From: Promethearchaeota archaeon
GTDB taxonomy: Archaea; Asgardarchaeota; Lokiarchaeia; Sigyniarchaeales; SOKP01
DNA: 10,476 bases
Reading direction: 5' to 3'
Assembly (NCBI GenBank): GCA_016839745.1
Contig: JAEOTS010000002.1
Span: 1-10,476 of the forward strand
Both the position numbers and the translations under genes were made by a program. The notes beneath the pieces were generated by a model that ran no database searches, was not told the origin of the DNA, and worked only from the letters and a program-made list of their open reading frames with translations. Shown here piece after piece: positions 1 to 6,978 of the stretch; the stretch's first letter is position 1; each line of letters starts with the position of its first letter.

Positions 1-117
1 ACGATCAATTATATAGCAATGGGTTTTGGTGTTATGTTGCTAGTAGTGCTAATAGTATGTATCTGGCCCGTAATCAATAACTTCGGTATAATTGTTAAAT
101 ATATTGATCAAGTTTAA
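1..117 (+). CDS. 3' end of a probable membrane protein (partial, runs off the window start)
   Basis: Frame +1 is open from position 1 to TAA at 115-117: TINYIAMGFGVMLLVVLIVCIWPVINNFGIIVKYIDQV*. It contains a hydrophobic TM-like stretch and is followed immediately by a hairpin and T-tract. Confidence 0.6.
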   Translation, partial: TINYIAMGFGVMLLVVLIVCIWPVINNFGIIVKYIDQV

Positions 118-121
118 TTTT

Positions 122-147
122 ATTGGTCTTTACCAATTTTTTTTTTT
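122..147 (+). terminator. Putative intrinsic terminator (short hairpin plus oligo-T)
   Basis: ATTGGT-cttt-ACCAAT (122-137) runs into an 11-T tract (137-147) just after the stop at 117, in a convergent intergenic region. Confidence 0.55.
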
Positions 148-300
148 AATTTTTTTATTATTATAATGATATATAATTCGTCTTTGAATTCGATAAATTC
201 TATTCTTCTTAAAGCTTGGTTTAAATTATTATAAAAACACAAAACTTACTTTTTAAGTAAAAGTTTTTAGGATAAAATCTCAGAGGTAATAACAATATTT

Positions 301-1134
301 TTAATAAAAATCTAGTAATAGTAAATTCTTTTTTAGGAATGATTGTAAATGCGCGTTACAGGCGATAAATGGAAAATTTATCTTTATTGACAATTCTAGG
401 TCGAAATCGACACCTTTTACGGAAAAGAATTTACCACCCGCCTCTTTTAGTATTAGATATCCCGCGGCTACATCTACAAGACGATTACTCTCTCTTAGAT
501 TAATGAATGCTTCCATGTTCCCACTAGCTATTTGACATAATGTTAAAGCACTACTCCCTAATATTCTAATGCGATGGAATTGCTGAATAATGGGTTTTAT
601 TCTCTCGATATTTTTAAATATATTTTTCTTGGGAAGATTCAACTCAAGAAAGCTCTTATTAGAAAGGTCTAAATCCGAGACATGAATTTTGTTAGCGTTT
701 AAATAAGCTCCTTCTCCCTTTATCGCCCAGTAAATGTCTTTTGATACCAAATCTAAAACCACAGCTTTCTTTATGTCCCCCATATTTTTACCTTTTGCAT
801 AGGCTATTGAAACCGAGCAATAGGGAATGCCTCTTACGGCGTTGTTCGAGCCATCAACGGGATCAACAATCAAGATATTTTGGTTTTCGATTGCTTTTTG
901 TTTATCTCCTATATATTTTTCTCCAATTTCTTCACTAATCAGGAAAATGCTTACATTCTCATTTTCTAAAGTGTTAATTATTATGTTTTCCGCGATAAGA
1001 TCTATTTGCATCGAAATGTCTCCACCTGCGCCTTTCTGAGCCTTTTGCGAGGCTTCCTTTGAGCCTAAGATAGGGTGAATTACGTCATACACATTCAATG
1101 CGATTTTTTTCAATAAATCAATACTAAGTTCCAT
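301..1134 (-). CDS. suhB: Inositol monophosphatase / fructose-1,6-bisphosphatase (archaeal bifunctional IMPase/FBPase, FIG superfamily)
   Basis: Motifs GGDISMQIDLIAE, ISEE, IVDPVDGSNN (DPxDGT/S metal-binding), RILGSSALTLCQIASG and VDVAAGYLILKEAGG. 277 aa. Confidence 0.9.
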   Translation of the reverse strand: MELSIDLLKKIALNVYDVIHPILGSKEASQKAQKGAGGDISMQIDLIAENIIINTLENENVSIFLISEEIGEKYIGDKQKAIENQNILIVDPVDGSNNAVRGIPYCSVSIAYAKGKNMGDIKKAVVLDLVSKDIYWAIKGEGAYLNANKIHVSDLDLSNKSFLELNLPKKNIFKNIERIKPIIQQFHRIRILGSSALTLCQIASGNMEAFINLRESNRLVDVAAGYLILKEAGGKFFSVKGVDFDLELSIKINFPFIACNAHLQSFLKKNLLLLDFY

Positions 1135-1188
1135 AATTTCAAATCAATAATTGGTTAGAATAGAATAAAATACCTATATTTAAGTAAA

Positions 1189-1911
1189 TCATTTTGGAAT
1201 TCCTTGTTTATCGATAATCCATTTATCCACAATAAATGTTTGAGACTTCTTTTTATTCTCCACATCGTATTCACTGTGAATTGTGCTTTTGGGGATCCAA
1301 AATTCTACATCCGATTCAAGTGTTATTAAAAGAGCTTTAGGGCTTTCTACTTTAATTTTTGCTTTTATCTCAATAGTCTCTTTTGAAACCCCAAATTCTG
1401 TAGTTTCTACTACTTGCAATCCATTTCTAGCGAGTATTTGTTCAGAAAATACACCATATTCGCTTTCTCCACGAACATCTTCATCTTTCAATTTTTTCTC
1501 TGTTGGACCGCTAGTAGCAAATTCTATTTTTTCGGTTAATATGTGTTCTAGCATTAAGGTAAAGAAATTTAAATTAGGGAAATGAAGTTTCTTTACATAA
1601 TCACCAACTTTAATTCGTAGTACTTGATGAGATTCTTTTTCCCATCCTACGTAAATTTCCGTCTTTCGCTCCTTAAAGACATGAAAACCTCTCCAATTCG
1701 AACTTTTTCCATGGAGAACTTCTAATATACAAATGATTTCTTCGATAGTTATTTTAACGGTTTTTCCTTCTCCCTCTGATGTTCTCTCCCATGTCCCATC
1801 TTCCTTACGATTTATGCAACTTAAGAAAACAAAAGGAGTCGATTTAGAAGGACTTGTGAGTATAATGCTTGATTTTTGTCCGTAAAATGTTTTAATATGA
1901 AAATCTGCCAT
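1189..1911 (-). CDS. Hypothetical two-domain protein: N-terminal Whirly/PC4-like fold (putative) plus a small C-terminal beta domain with KAxL...WIPKS motif
   Basis: 240-aa ATG ORF co-oriented with both neighbours, with gaps of about 55 nt. The domain assignment is by visual pattern comparison only. Confidence 0.75.
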   Translation of the reverse strand: MADFHIKTFYGQKSSIILTSPSKSTPFVFLSCINRKEDGTWERTSEGEGKTVKITIEEIICILEVLHGKSSNWRGFHVFKERKTEIYVGWEKESHQVLRIKVGDYVKKLHFPNLNFFTLMLEHILTEKIEFATSGPTEKKLKDEDVRGESEYGVFSEQILARNGLQVVETTEFGVSKETIEIKAKIKVESPKALLITLESDVEFWIPKSTIHSEYDVENKKKSQTFIVDKWIIDKQGIPK

Positions 1912-1966
1912 AATTCAAAAAGAGCTCTATGTTTTAAGAACATAATATCTATCTATTGATTTAAAT

Positions 1967-2794
1967 TCATCTTAAAAATTTTAAGTGAATAATTTTACCC
2001 GTTTTAAATCGCTCCGAAATTTTTAGCATTTTATGGGTATTTTTTGACCAGTTTGGATTAATGGGTGTACGTGCCCAAAGAGTATACCAATCAATCACCT
2101 CAATATTTTTCGACCAATTTGAGAAGAGTTTTATTGGATCACCTATTCCAAATTTCACGCGGATGTCAGATCCAGCTTTTTTTGCCCTTCTATTAATAAC
2201 CTTTATCGCTAAGTTTGAAATTCCCTCAAAAATAAATTCACCTCCTGGAAATCTCTCAATTAAAAAGGTAACAAGTCCACGAATTTCTTCTTCTTCAAAA
2301 TAATAAACAAAACCACCCGCGAAAAAAATAACACCATCTTCGGATTTTATATCCACCTCATCGATCCAGCTATAATCAAACACAGATTTAGAAATATTTT
2401 TACTTCGGGAAGTTTCGGGAATAAATTGATTTCGGTAGGTAATTGCATCTGGTAAATCTATATTATACCAATTAATGGTTCCATTGTCGACGCGAGAAAA
2501 AGTGGTATCTAAACCACACCCAATATTTACTACTGATGCGTTAGGATGTCTGGTAATAAATTTCTTAATTGCTACATCAAAATTTCTTGCTCTAACAAGA
2601 AGCCCGAGTGATCTCCATTCTCCAAGATATTTCGCAATTTCAGTAAAATCATAATCAATTTTTTCAACAATTTGGATAGCTTGCAGATCGTTCAATAATT
2701 CAGGATACAGTTTGCTATACTTAGCGCGAGCCCATATTGGGCCTAGCATCGTTTCTTCTATTGATCCAAGTTCAAGAGAAAAATCTTCTGACAT
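1967..2794 (-). CDS. Class I SAM-dependent methyltransferase, leucine carboxyl methyltransferase (LCM)/TcmP/YktD family
   Basis: Family motifs ETMLGPIWARA, RARNFD, VVNIGCGLDTTFSR, WYNIDLP and FFAGGFVYYF. 275 aa. Confidence 0.88.
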   Translation of the reverse strand: MSEDFSLELGSIEETMLGPIWARAKYSKLYPELLNDLQAIQIVEKIDYDFTEIAKYLGEWRSLGLLVRARNFDVAIKKFITRHPNASVVNIGCGLDTTFSRVDNGTINWYNIDLPDAITYRNQFIPETSRSKNISKSVFDYSWIDEVDIKSEDGVIFFAGGFVYYFEEEEIRGLVTFLIERFPGGEFIFEGISNLAIKVINRRAKKAGSDIRVKFGIGDPIKLFSNWSKNIEVIDWYTLWARTPINPNWSKNTHKMLKISERFKTGKIIHLKFLR

Positions 2795-2864
2795 ATTTAA
2801 TAGAACAATTCTTAACTTATTAAATTAAATTAAAATGAATAGATAAGGAAGAATTCTATTTACC

Positions 2865-2873
2865 AAAAAAAAA
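2865..2873 (-). terminator. Oligo-T terminator of rpsJ
   Basis: A 9-T run on the minus strand 2 nt after the rpsJ TGA stop, typical of archaeal termination. Confidence 0.5.
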
Positions 2874-2875
2874 GA

Positions 2876-3181
2876 TCACATTAATTCAATTTCTACTAAA
2901 ACTGATTCTGGAATTTGAATCTTCATAATAAGATGCATCGAACGCTCGTTAGCAGTTATTTCAAAAAGGCGTTTGTGAATTCTCATTTCAAACTTCGCCC
3001 AGGTAGAAGTACCTTGACCAGAAGGAGCTTTTAATACGGGTACTCGTAATCTCTTTGTGGGCAATGGGATGGGACCAAGTTTCCTTATTCCCTGATTTTG
3101 ACAGACGCTTTCTATCTGTTCGCATACCGCTTTAAGAGATGGTAATTGGGTGCTGCTTAATCTGATACGTGCTCGTTGCAT
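2876..3181 (-). CDS. rpsJ: 30S ribosomal protein S10 (uS10), archaeal type
   Basis: MQRARIRLSS, GPIPLPTKRL, P-x-G-x-G-x-x-T-W, EMRIHKRL and IPESVLVEIEL match archaeal uS10. 101 aa. Confidence 0.97.
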   Translation of the reverse strand: MQRARIRLSSTQLPSLKAVCEQIESVCQNQGIRKLGPIPLPTKRLRVPVLKAPSGQGTSTWAKFEMRIHKRLFEITANERSMHLIMKIQIPESVLVEIELM

Positions 3182-3261
3182 ATTTTAAACTTTTTTTATT
3201 TGAAGTAGTAAGAGAAATTATTAAAAATAAATAAATTTTATCATTAATACCTTAAAAGAAC

Positions 3262-4395
3262 TTAATTTTCTATTTTCTTCTTTTTCCTTTGCTCAATTTT
3301 ATTTATAATTATTAAACTTAATACACCCAATTGTGCTTTTAATGAGGCTTTTAGCCCTAACTTTTTATGTAAAACCTTCAATATTAGAGTCATTAAAACA
3401 ATCATCCCGATAGCAGGTAACCATATAATTGCACCATTTAATTGACGATAAAATAAAAAAATCAATGGATCATGAGCTATATAAACCGTAAACGAGTAGA
3501 ATGAGAAATAAAAGAAGAACCTATACCTTTTTTTTGTTCTTAATTTTTCAAATTCTTCCAGATACATAAGAATTGCCAATAAAGTTATAACAGCCCCAAT
3601 AGAATAGAACATCGAAGAAATAGTGCGGCGATATAGAAAATCAAACAGAAATATCTGATTTTGAAAATCATAAAAACGATATATAATTCCAAATAAAGTA
3701 GTAATTAACCCAATTATTAATGTTATTCTAATATACACGCGCTTAATAGCATTCTTTCTTTCTTCTTGATTTTCGATAATGTTGATATCAAAGAAGAAAT
3801 CTCCCAAAGCAGTTCCAATTATAAAAATTGCAAAATAAGCTATAATCGTAAAAGCCTCATCAGGATTGTATAAAACATGGAAGAGTATACCGTATACATT
3901 AGGGTAATCCTTATAGGATAGTAAAAATGGGAAAAGTAATTCATTAACGATTAACAATCCGATTCCCAAACTAATCCTTAAATATTTATTGGTACCTAAT
4001 AAAGGCCATGCCAATAAAAGAGATATTGCAATTGTCTGGAGCGCATTCCACGCCCATATCCACCTAAAGTCATATATCCCTAAAGCAACTAATGTGTTGT
4101 ATATAAAAGCTATAGCTAATAATAGCAATGCTCTAATGATGTAGATGTTCCTAGCTCGATTCATGTCAATATCAGAAGATGTTTTTGCTTTTTCAGCTCT
4201 ACTCTTATACGCTAACGCTGCGCTGAATCCTGAGATAAATAAAAATCCCGTAGCTGCTACTGGCGCTAAAAACGAGAACAAAACAAATATCATCAATCTA
4301 TTTGAAGGAAGTATCCACCAATCGAGCATATGGCCTAAAACCATAAGAAAAATACAGAATCCTCGAACTAAGTCAATACTTTGAATTCTCTTCAT
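3262..4395 (-). CDS. Multi-pass membrane acyltransferase-like protein, DUF1624 / heparan-alpha-glucosaminide N-acetyltransferase (HGSNAT) catalytic-domain family
   Basis: N-terminal RIQSIDLVRGFCIFLMVLGH (R..S.D..RG....M...H), FLFISGFS, NALQTIA and C-terminal SFTVYIAH motifs, with about 10 hydrophobic segments. Confidence 0.8.
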   Translation of the reverse strand: MKRIQSIDLVRGFCIFLMVLGHMLDWWILPSNRLMIFVLFSFLAPVAATGFLFISGFSAALAYKSRAEKAKTSSDIDMNRARNIYIIRALLLLAIAFIYNTLVALGIYDFRWIWAWNALQTIAISLLLAWPLLGTNKYLRISLGIGLLIVNELLFPFLLSYKDYPNVYGILFHVLYNPDEAFTIIAYFAIFIIGTALGDFFFDINIIENQEERKNAIKRVYIRITLIIGLITTLFGIIYRFYDFQNQIFLFDFLYRRTISSMFYSIGAVITLLAILMYLEEFEKLRTKKRYRFFFYFSFYSFTVYIAHDPLIFLFYRQLNGAIIWLPAIGMIVLMTLILKVLHKKLGLKASLKAQLGVLSLIIINKIEQRKKKKIEN

Positions 4396-4513
4396 TTTAC
4401 TCGACTAATTTTTCCCATGCTTATTCCGTTTGATAATAAAGATAGAATGTTGTTTTACTATTAATAATTCCCATTATGAAGAGTGAATAGAAATCTAGAG
4501 AATTAAACCAAAA

Positions 4514-5620
4514 CTACGAAAATCCTAGTAAAAATTTGTTCCCTAAATTCACATGAGTTAAATGCGTTTTTGCTGTTTCGAAGCATTTATTCGCTTGTTT
4601 CCTCGGTGTAATTGGTAAATCATTCATTTGATAATCGGGATGGAACACCAACAAGCTATAAGGTATTTCATTATTAATTTCACTAATAAACTTAGCAATC
4701 TGCTCCACTTCTTCGTGATTCACATAGCCAGGAACTAATAGAGTGCAAGCGGACATTTCAGGCATGCTTTCACCCCGTGACCCAAAATAATTATTAGCTA
4801 AATATTTGAAATTTTCGAGTGTTCTACTATTACTAACGCCACATAGTGCTAGGTTCAACTTTTCATTAAATGACTTTAAATCGAATTTAATATTCCCTCC
4901 AGAATTTACGGCAATCTGCATACATTTATCAACTAAGGTTTTATTACCACTACCATTCCATTCCCAACATACTCTAAATTTTCTCGATTGTTTTTCATTC
5001 TTGATTTTCTCTAATATACGATTTGATAAATTAATAGTAAAAGGTAATTGTACCTCTGGAGTACCCCCAAAATAACAAATACAAGTGATTTTTTTGTTAT
5101 TATATATTTTGTCAGCTAACAATTCGACATCAACCAAATATTTCTTAGAAAAATGCTTATGGGAAGAGTTCTGGCAGAAAACACAATTAAACGAACATCC
5201 ATACAAAAATGCTGCATAGGAGTAGGTGTTATAATCCCCATCACAGAACCATGCATTACAACAGTTAGTTGGTATTGGATCAAGATACCCGTGAATATAA
5301 CCTTGTCTTTTAGAAGGTAGTGGCAACTCTCCGCTCTGATTTTTCACAATATTTCTTAATCCACAATAGCTTACATCATTTTCAGAAAGAGCACATTCGT
5401 TAATGCAAAAATTGCATTTCAATTTAATGGTTCCCTTATTAGCCTTTGGAGGTTTTGAAGGTAGGTCTACTAAGGCTCTAACCTGTTTATGGACATTTAA
5501 AATGTGTGGTTTAACGAGATCCCAATCATTTTTAAGTATGCAATCCCGACATATGTTTAGCACTCCAGAAATGTATTTATCTGTTTTTCCACAAAATTTA
5601 CATATCCCTATAATTTTCAC
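4514..5620 (-). CDS. Radical SAM protein, PflA-like (COG1180; related to the AmmeMemoRadiSam radical SAM family), with a Cys-rich N-terminal region
   Basis: CSFNCVFC (CxxxCxxC), YFGGTP, KFDLK, TLLVPGYV and FHPDYQM motifs. The GTG start overlaps the upstream TGA (GTGA at 5620-5617). Confidence 0.88.
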   Translation of the reverse strand: MKIIGICKFCGKTDKYISGVLNICRDCILKNDWDLVKPHILNVHKQVRALVDLPSKPPKANKGTIKLKCNFCINECALSENDVSYCGLRNIVKNQSGELPLPSKRQGYIHGYLDPIPTNCCNAWFCDGDYNTYSYAAFLYGCSFNCVFCQNSSHKHFSKKYLVDVELLADKIYNNKKITCICYFGGTPEVQLPFTINLSNRILEKIKNEKQSRKFRVCWEWNGSGNKTLVDKCMQIAVNSGGNIKFDLKSFNEKLNLALCGVSNSRTLENFKYLANNYFGSRGESMPEMSACTLLVPGYVNHEEVEQIAKFISEINNEIPYSLLVFHPDYQMNDLPITPRKQANKCFETAKTHLTHVNLGNKFLLGFS

Positions 5621-6273
5621 CGTTTTTTTAATAGTAAAAATGTTTGACCCGATTTTTGATTAGGGTCCTTCTTAACCATAAATCCATCAAAACCATTATC
5701 TTTGAAAGAAGATATAAAAGAATCTAATTCTTCTTCATCTTTTGGGTAAAATTCGATAATAATTCTCCCGTTAGATTTTAAAACTTTTTTCAAATATCTT
5801 GATGTATTATTAATTGTTTTAAAAATGTCTTTAGCCAAATTTTTTCCATGAATTATAAAATTATAAGCCGAAACGGAAATCATATGATCAATCGATGAAC
5901 GTTTTAATGGTAAATAATTGATGTCAGCCAGTATTAGCTCGAGGTCCTTTTCTTCTTTTAAAAATTTTTTTTTGATTTTAGCTTTCGAGAGCATGTCCAT
6001 TAAAATATCTATACCAATAACTCGATGCCCATTTTCTACTAAAATTTCAGAAGAAAATCCTGTTCCGCATCCTAAATCAGCAATTAAGCATTTTTTTTCG
6101 TTTAGATTGTCAACAATTCCAAGTGTATTCAATTCTTCATCGTGTAGATATTGTAGACAAATTAGCGTTGCTTTTTTTTGATTTCTTTCCATCCAAATCG
6201 AATTCTCATATTCTAAAGAATTATCGCCGATGTAAGAATCGGGAAAAATGGGAGTATTGTTGTGATTTGACAT
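5617..6273 (-). CDS. Class I SAM-dependent methyltransferase, Bud23/WBSCR22-like (putative SSU rRNA guanine-N7 methyltransferase)
   Basis: Motif I ADLGCGTGFS, GIDI, ADINYLPL and ISVSA, plus the Bud23-like C-terminal block IEFYPKDEEELDSF...GFDG...DP. The methyltransferase call is firm; the Bud23 subfamily call is by eye. Confidence 0.85.
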   Translation of the reverse strand: MSNHNNTPIFPDSYIGDNSLEYENSIWMERNQKKATLICLQYLHDEELNTLGIVDNLNEKKCLIADLGCGTGFSSEILVENGHRVIGIDILMDMLSKAKIKKKFLKEEKDLELILADINYLPLKRSSIDHMISVSAYNFIIHGKNLAKDIFKTINNTSRYLKKVLKSNGRIIIEFYPKDEEELDSFISSFKDNGFDGFMVKKDPNQKSGQTFLLLKKR

Positions 6274-6361
6274 ATTTGATCCTAAATTTAAACATCTAAA
6301 AAGTATACATATAAATTATCGAAATGAGTTGATATATATTGTTAGTCATCAGAAAAATATC

Positions 6362-6383
6362 TAATTATAAATTTTTATAATTA
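6362..6383. promoter_or_regulatory. Palindromic TATA-like element in the divergent promoter region
   Basis: TAATTATAAA-tt-TTTATAATTA is a perfect 10-bp inverted repeat. TTTATAA (6374-6380) lies about 28-34 nt upstream of the ATG at 6408, the spacing expected for a leaderless archaeal transcript. Confidence 0.4.
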
Positions 6384-6407
6384 TTTTTAAAAAAAAAATG
6401 ATTTAAC

Positions 6408-6788
6408 ATGACAGATAAAAATTCTATTCTTATATGTGATGACGAACCTGATATCGTCAGTCTCGTTCAGAAGTTTTTACAACTTGATCATTTTAACACG
6501 CTTATTTGCAGCAACGGAAAAGAAGCCTTAAAAATTCTTGAAGAAAAATATGAAGAGATCGTCTTAATACTATTAGATATCATGATGCCTGGGATGTCAG
6601 GGTTTGAAGTCCTTAGAACTATAAAATCGAAAGAAACTTATAAAAATATCAAGGTTATTCTTTTTACGGTTAAAAGTTTTAAAGAAGATAAAGAAAAAGG
6701 TAACGAGTTAGGAGCAGATGGATATATTACTAAACCCTTTTCTGGAAACGAACTACGTGATTACGTGAAAAAAATATTAAGCAGTTAG
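6408..6788 (+). CDS. Stand-alone response regulator receiver (CheY-like) protein
   Basis: ILICDDE, LLDIMMPGMSG (phospho-Asp), FT, and GADGYITKPF motifs. No output domain. Confidence 0.93.
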   Translation: MTDKNSILICDDEPDIVSLVQKFLQLDHFNTLICSNGKEALKILEEKYEEIVLILLDIMMPGMSGFEVLRTIKSKETYKNIKVILFTVKSFKEDKEKGNELGADGYITKPFSGNELRDYVKKILSS

Positions 6789-6881
6789 CTATCAAATCCT
6801 TCTCAGACTAGAATCATATGAGTCAATTGCTTATTTCATAGCATTTAAGCGAATTATAATAAATCTCCTTTTAAATGATAA

Positions 6882-6906
6882 TTTTGATCGATACTAGCGA
6901 TCAAAA
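6882..6906. promoter_or_regulatory. 9-bp perfect inverted repeat (candidate transcription-factor site or hairpin) upstream of the second receiver gene
   Basis: TTTTGATCG-atactag-CGATCAAAA, followed by a repeat ATCAAAA (6908-6914) and TATATAA (6918-6924). Confidence 0.45.
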
Positions 6907-6978
6907 CATCAAAATCATATATAATTTTTAAATAAGTAAAAAGAAACAATATTAGTAGAAAAGAAAAAAAGATAATAA

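Noticed and set aside
241-267. Imperfect inverted repeat AAAAC-TTACTT-ttt-AAGTAA-aa-GTTTT downstream of the IMPase gene
   Set aside because: It may contribute to termination, but it is AT-rich, bulged and weak, and cannot be distinguished from chance.
741-2303. Plus-strand ORFs 741-938, 827-1039, 1283-1585 and 2061-2303
   Set aside because: They lie wholly antisense to well-supported genes and have no recognisable motifs; they are shadow ORFs.
2795-2875. Searched for the tRNA that often follows archaeal rps10
   Set aside because: The spacer is only 81 nt and very AT-rich, with no cloverleaf or T-loop motif.
1189-2878. TGA stops of three consecutive genes considered as possible selenocysteine read-through
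   Set aside because: For the genes ending at 1189 and 1967 an in-frame TAA follows within 2-3 codons. uS10 is already full length. None of the TGAs sits at a catalytic Cys position, and no SECIS was recognised.
4145-6181. Plus-strand ORFs 4145-4384, 4806-5075, 5403-5663 and 5918-6181
   Set aside because: They are antisense shadows of the DUF1624, radical SAM and methyltransferase genes, with Ser/Phe/Ile-rich composition typical of reverse-frame translation.
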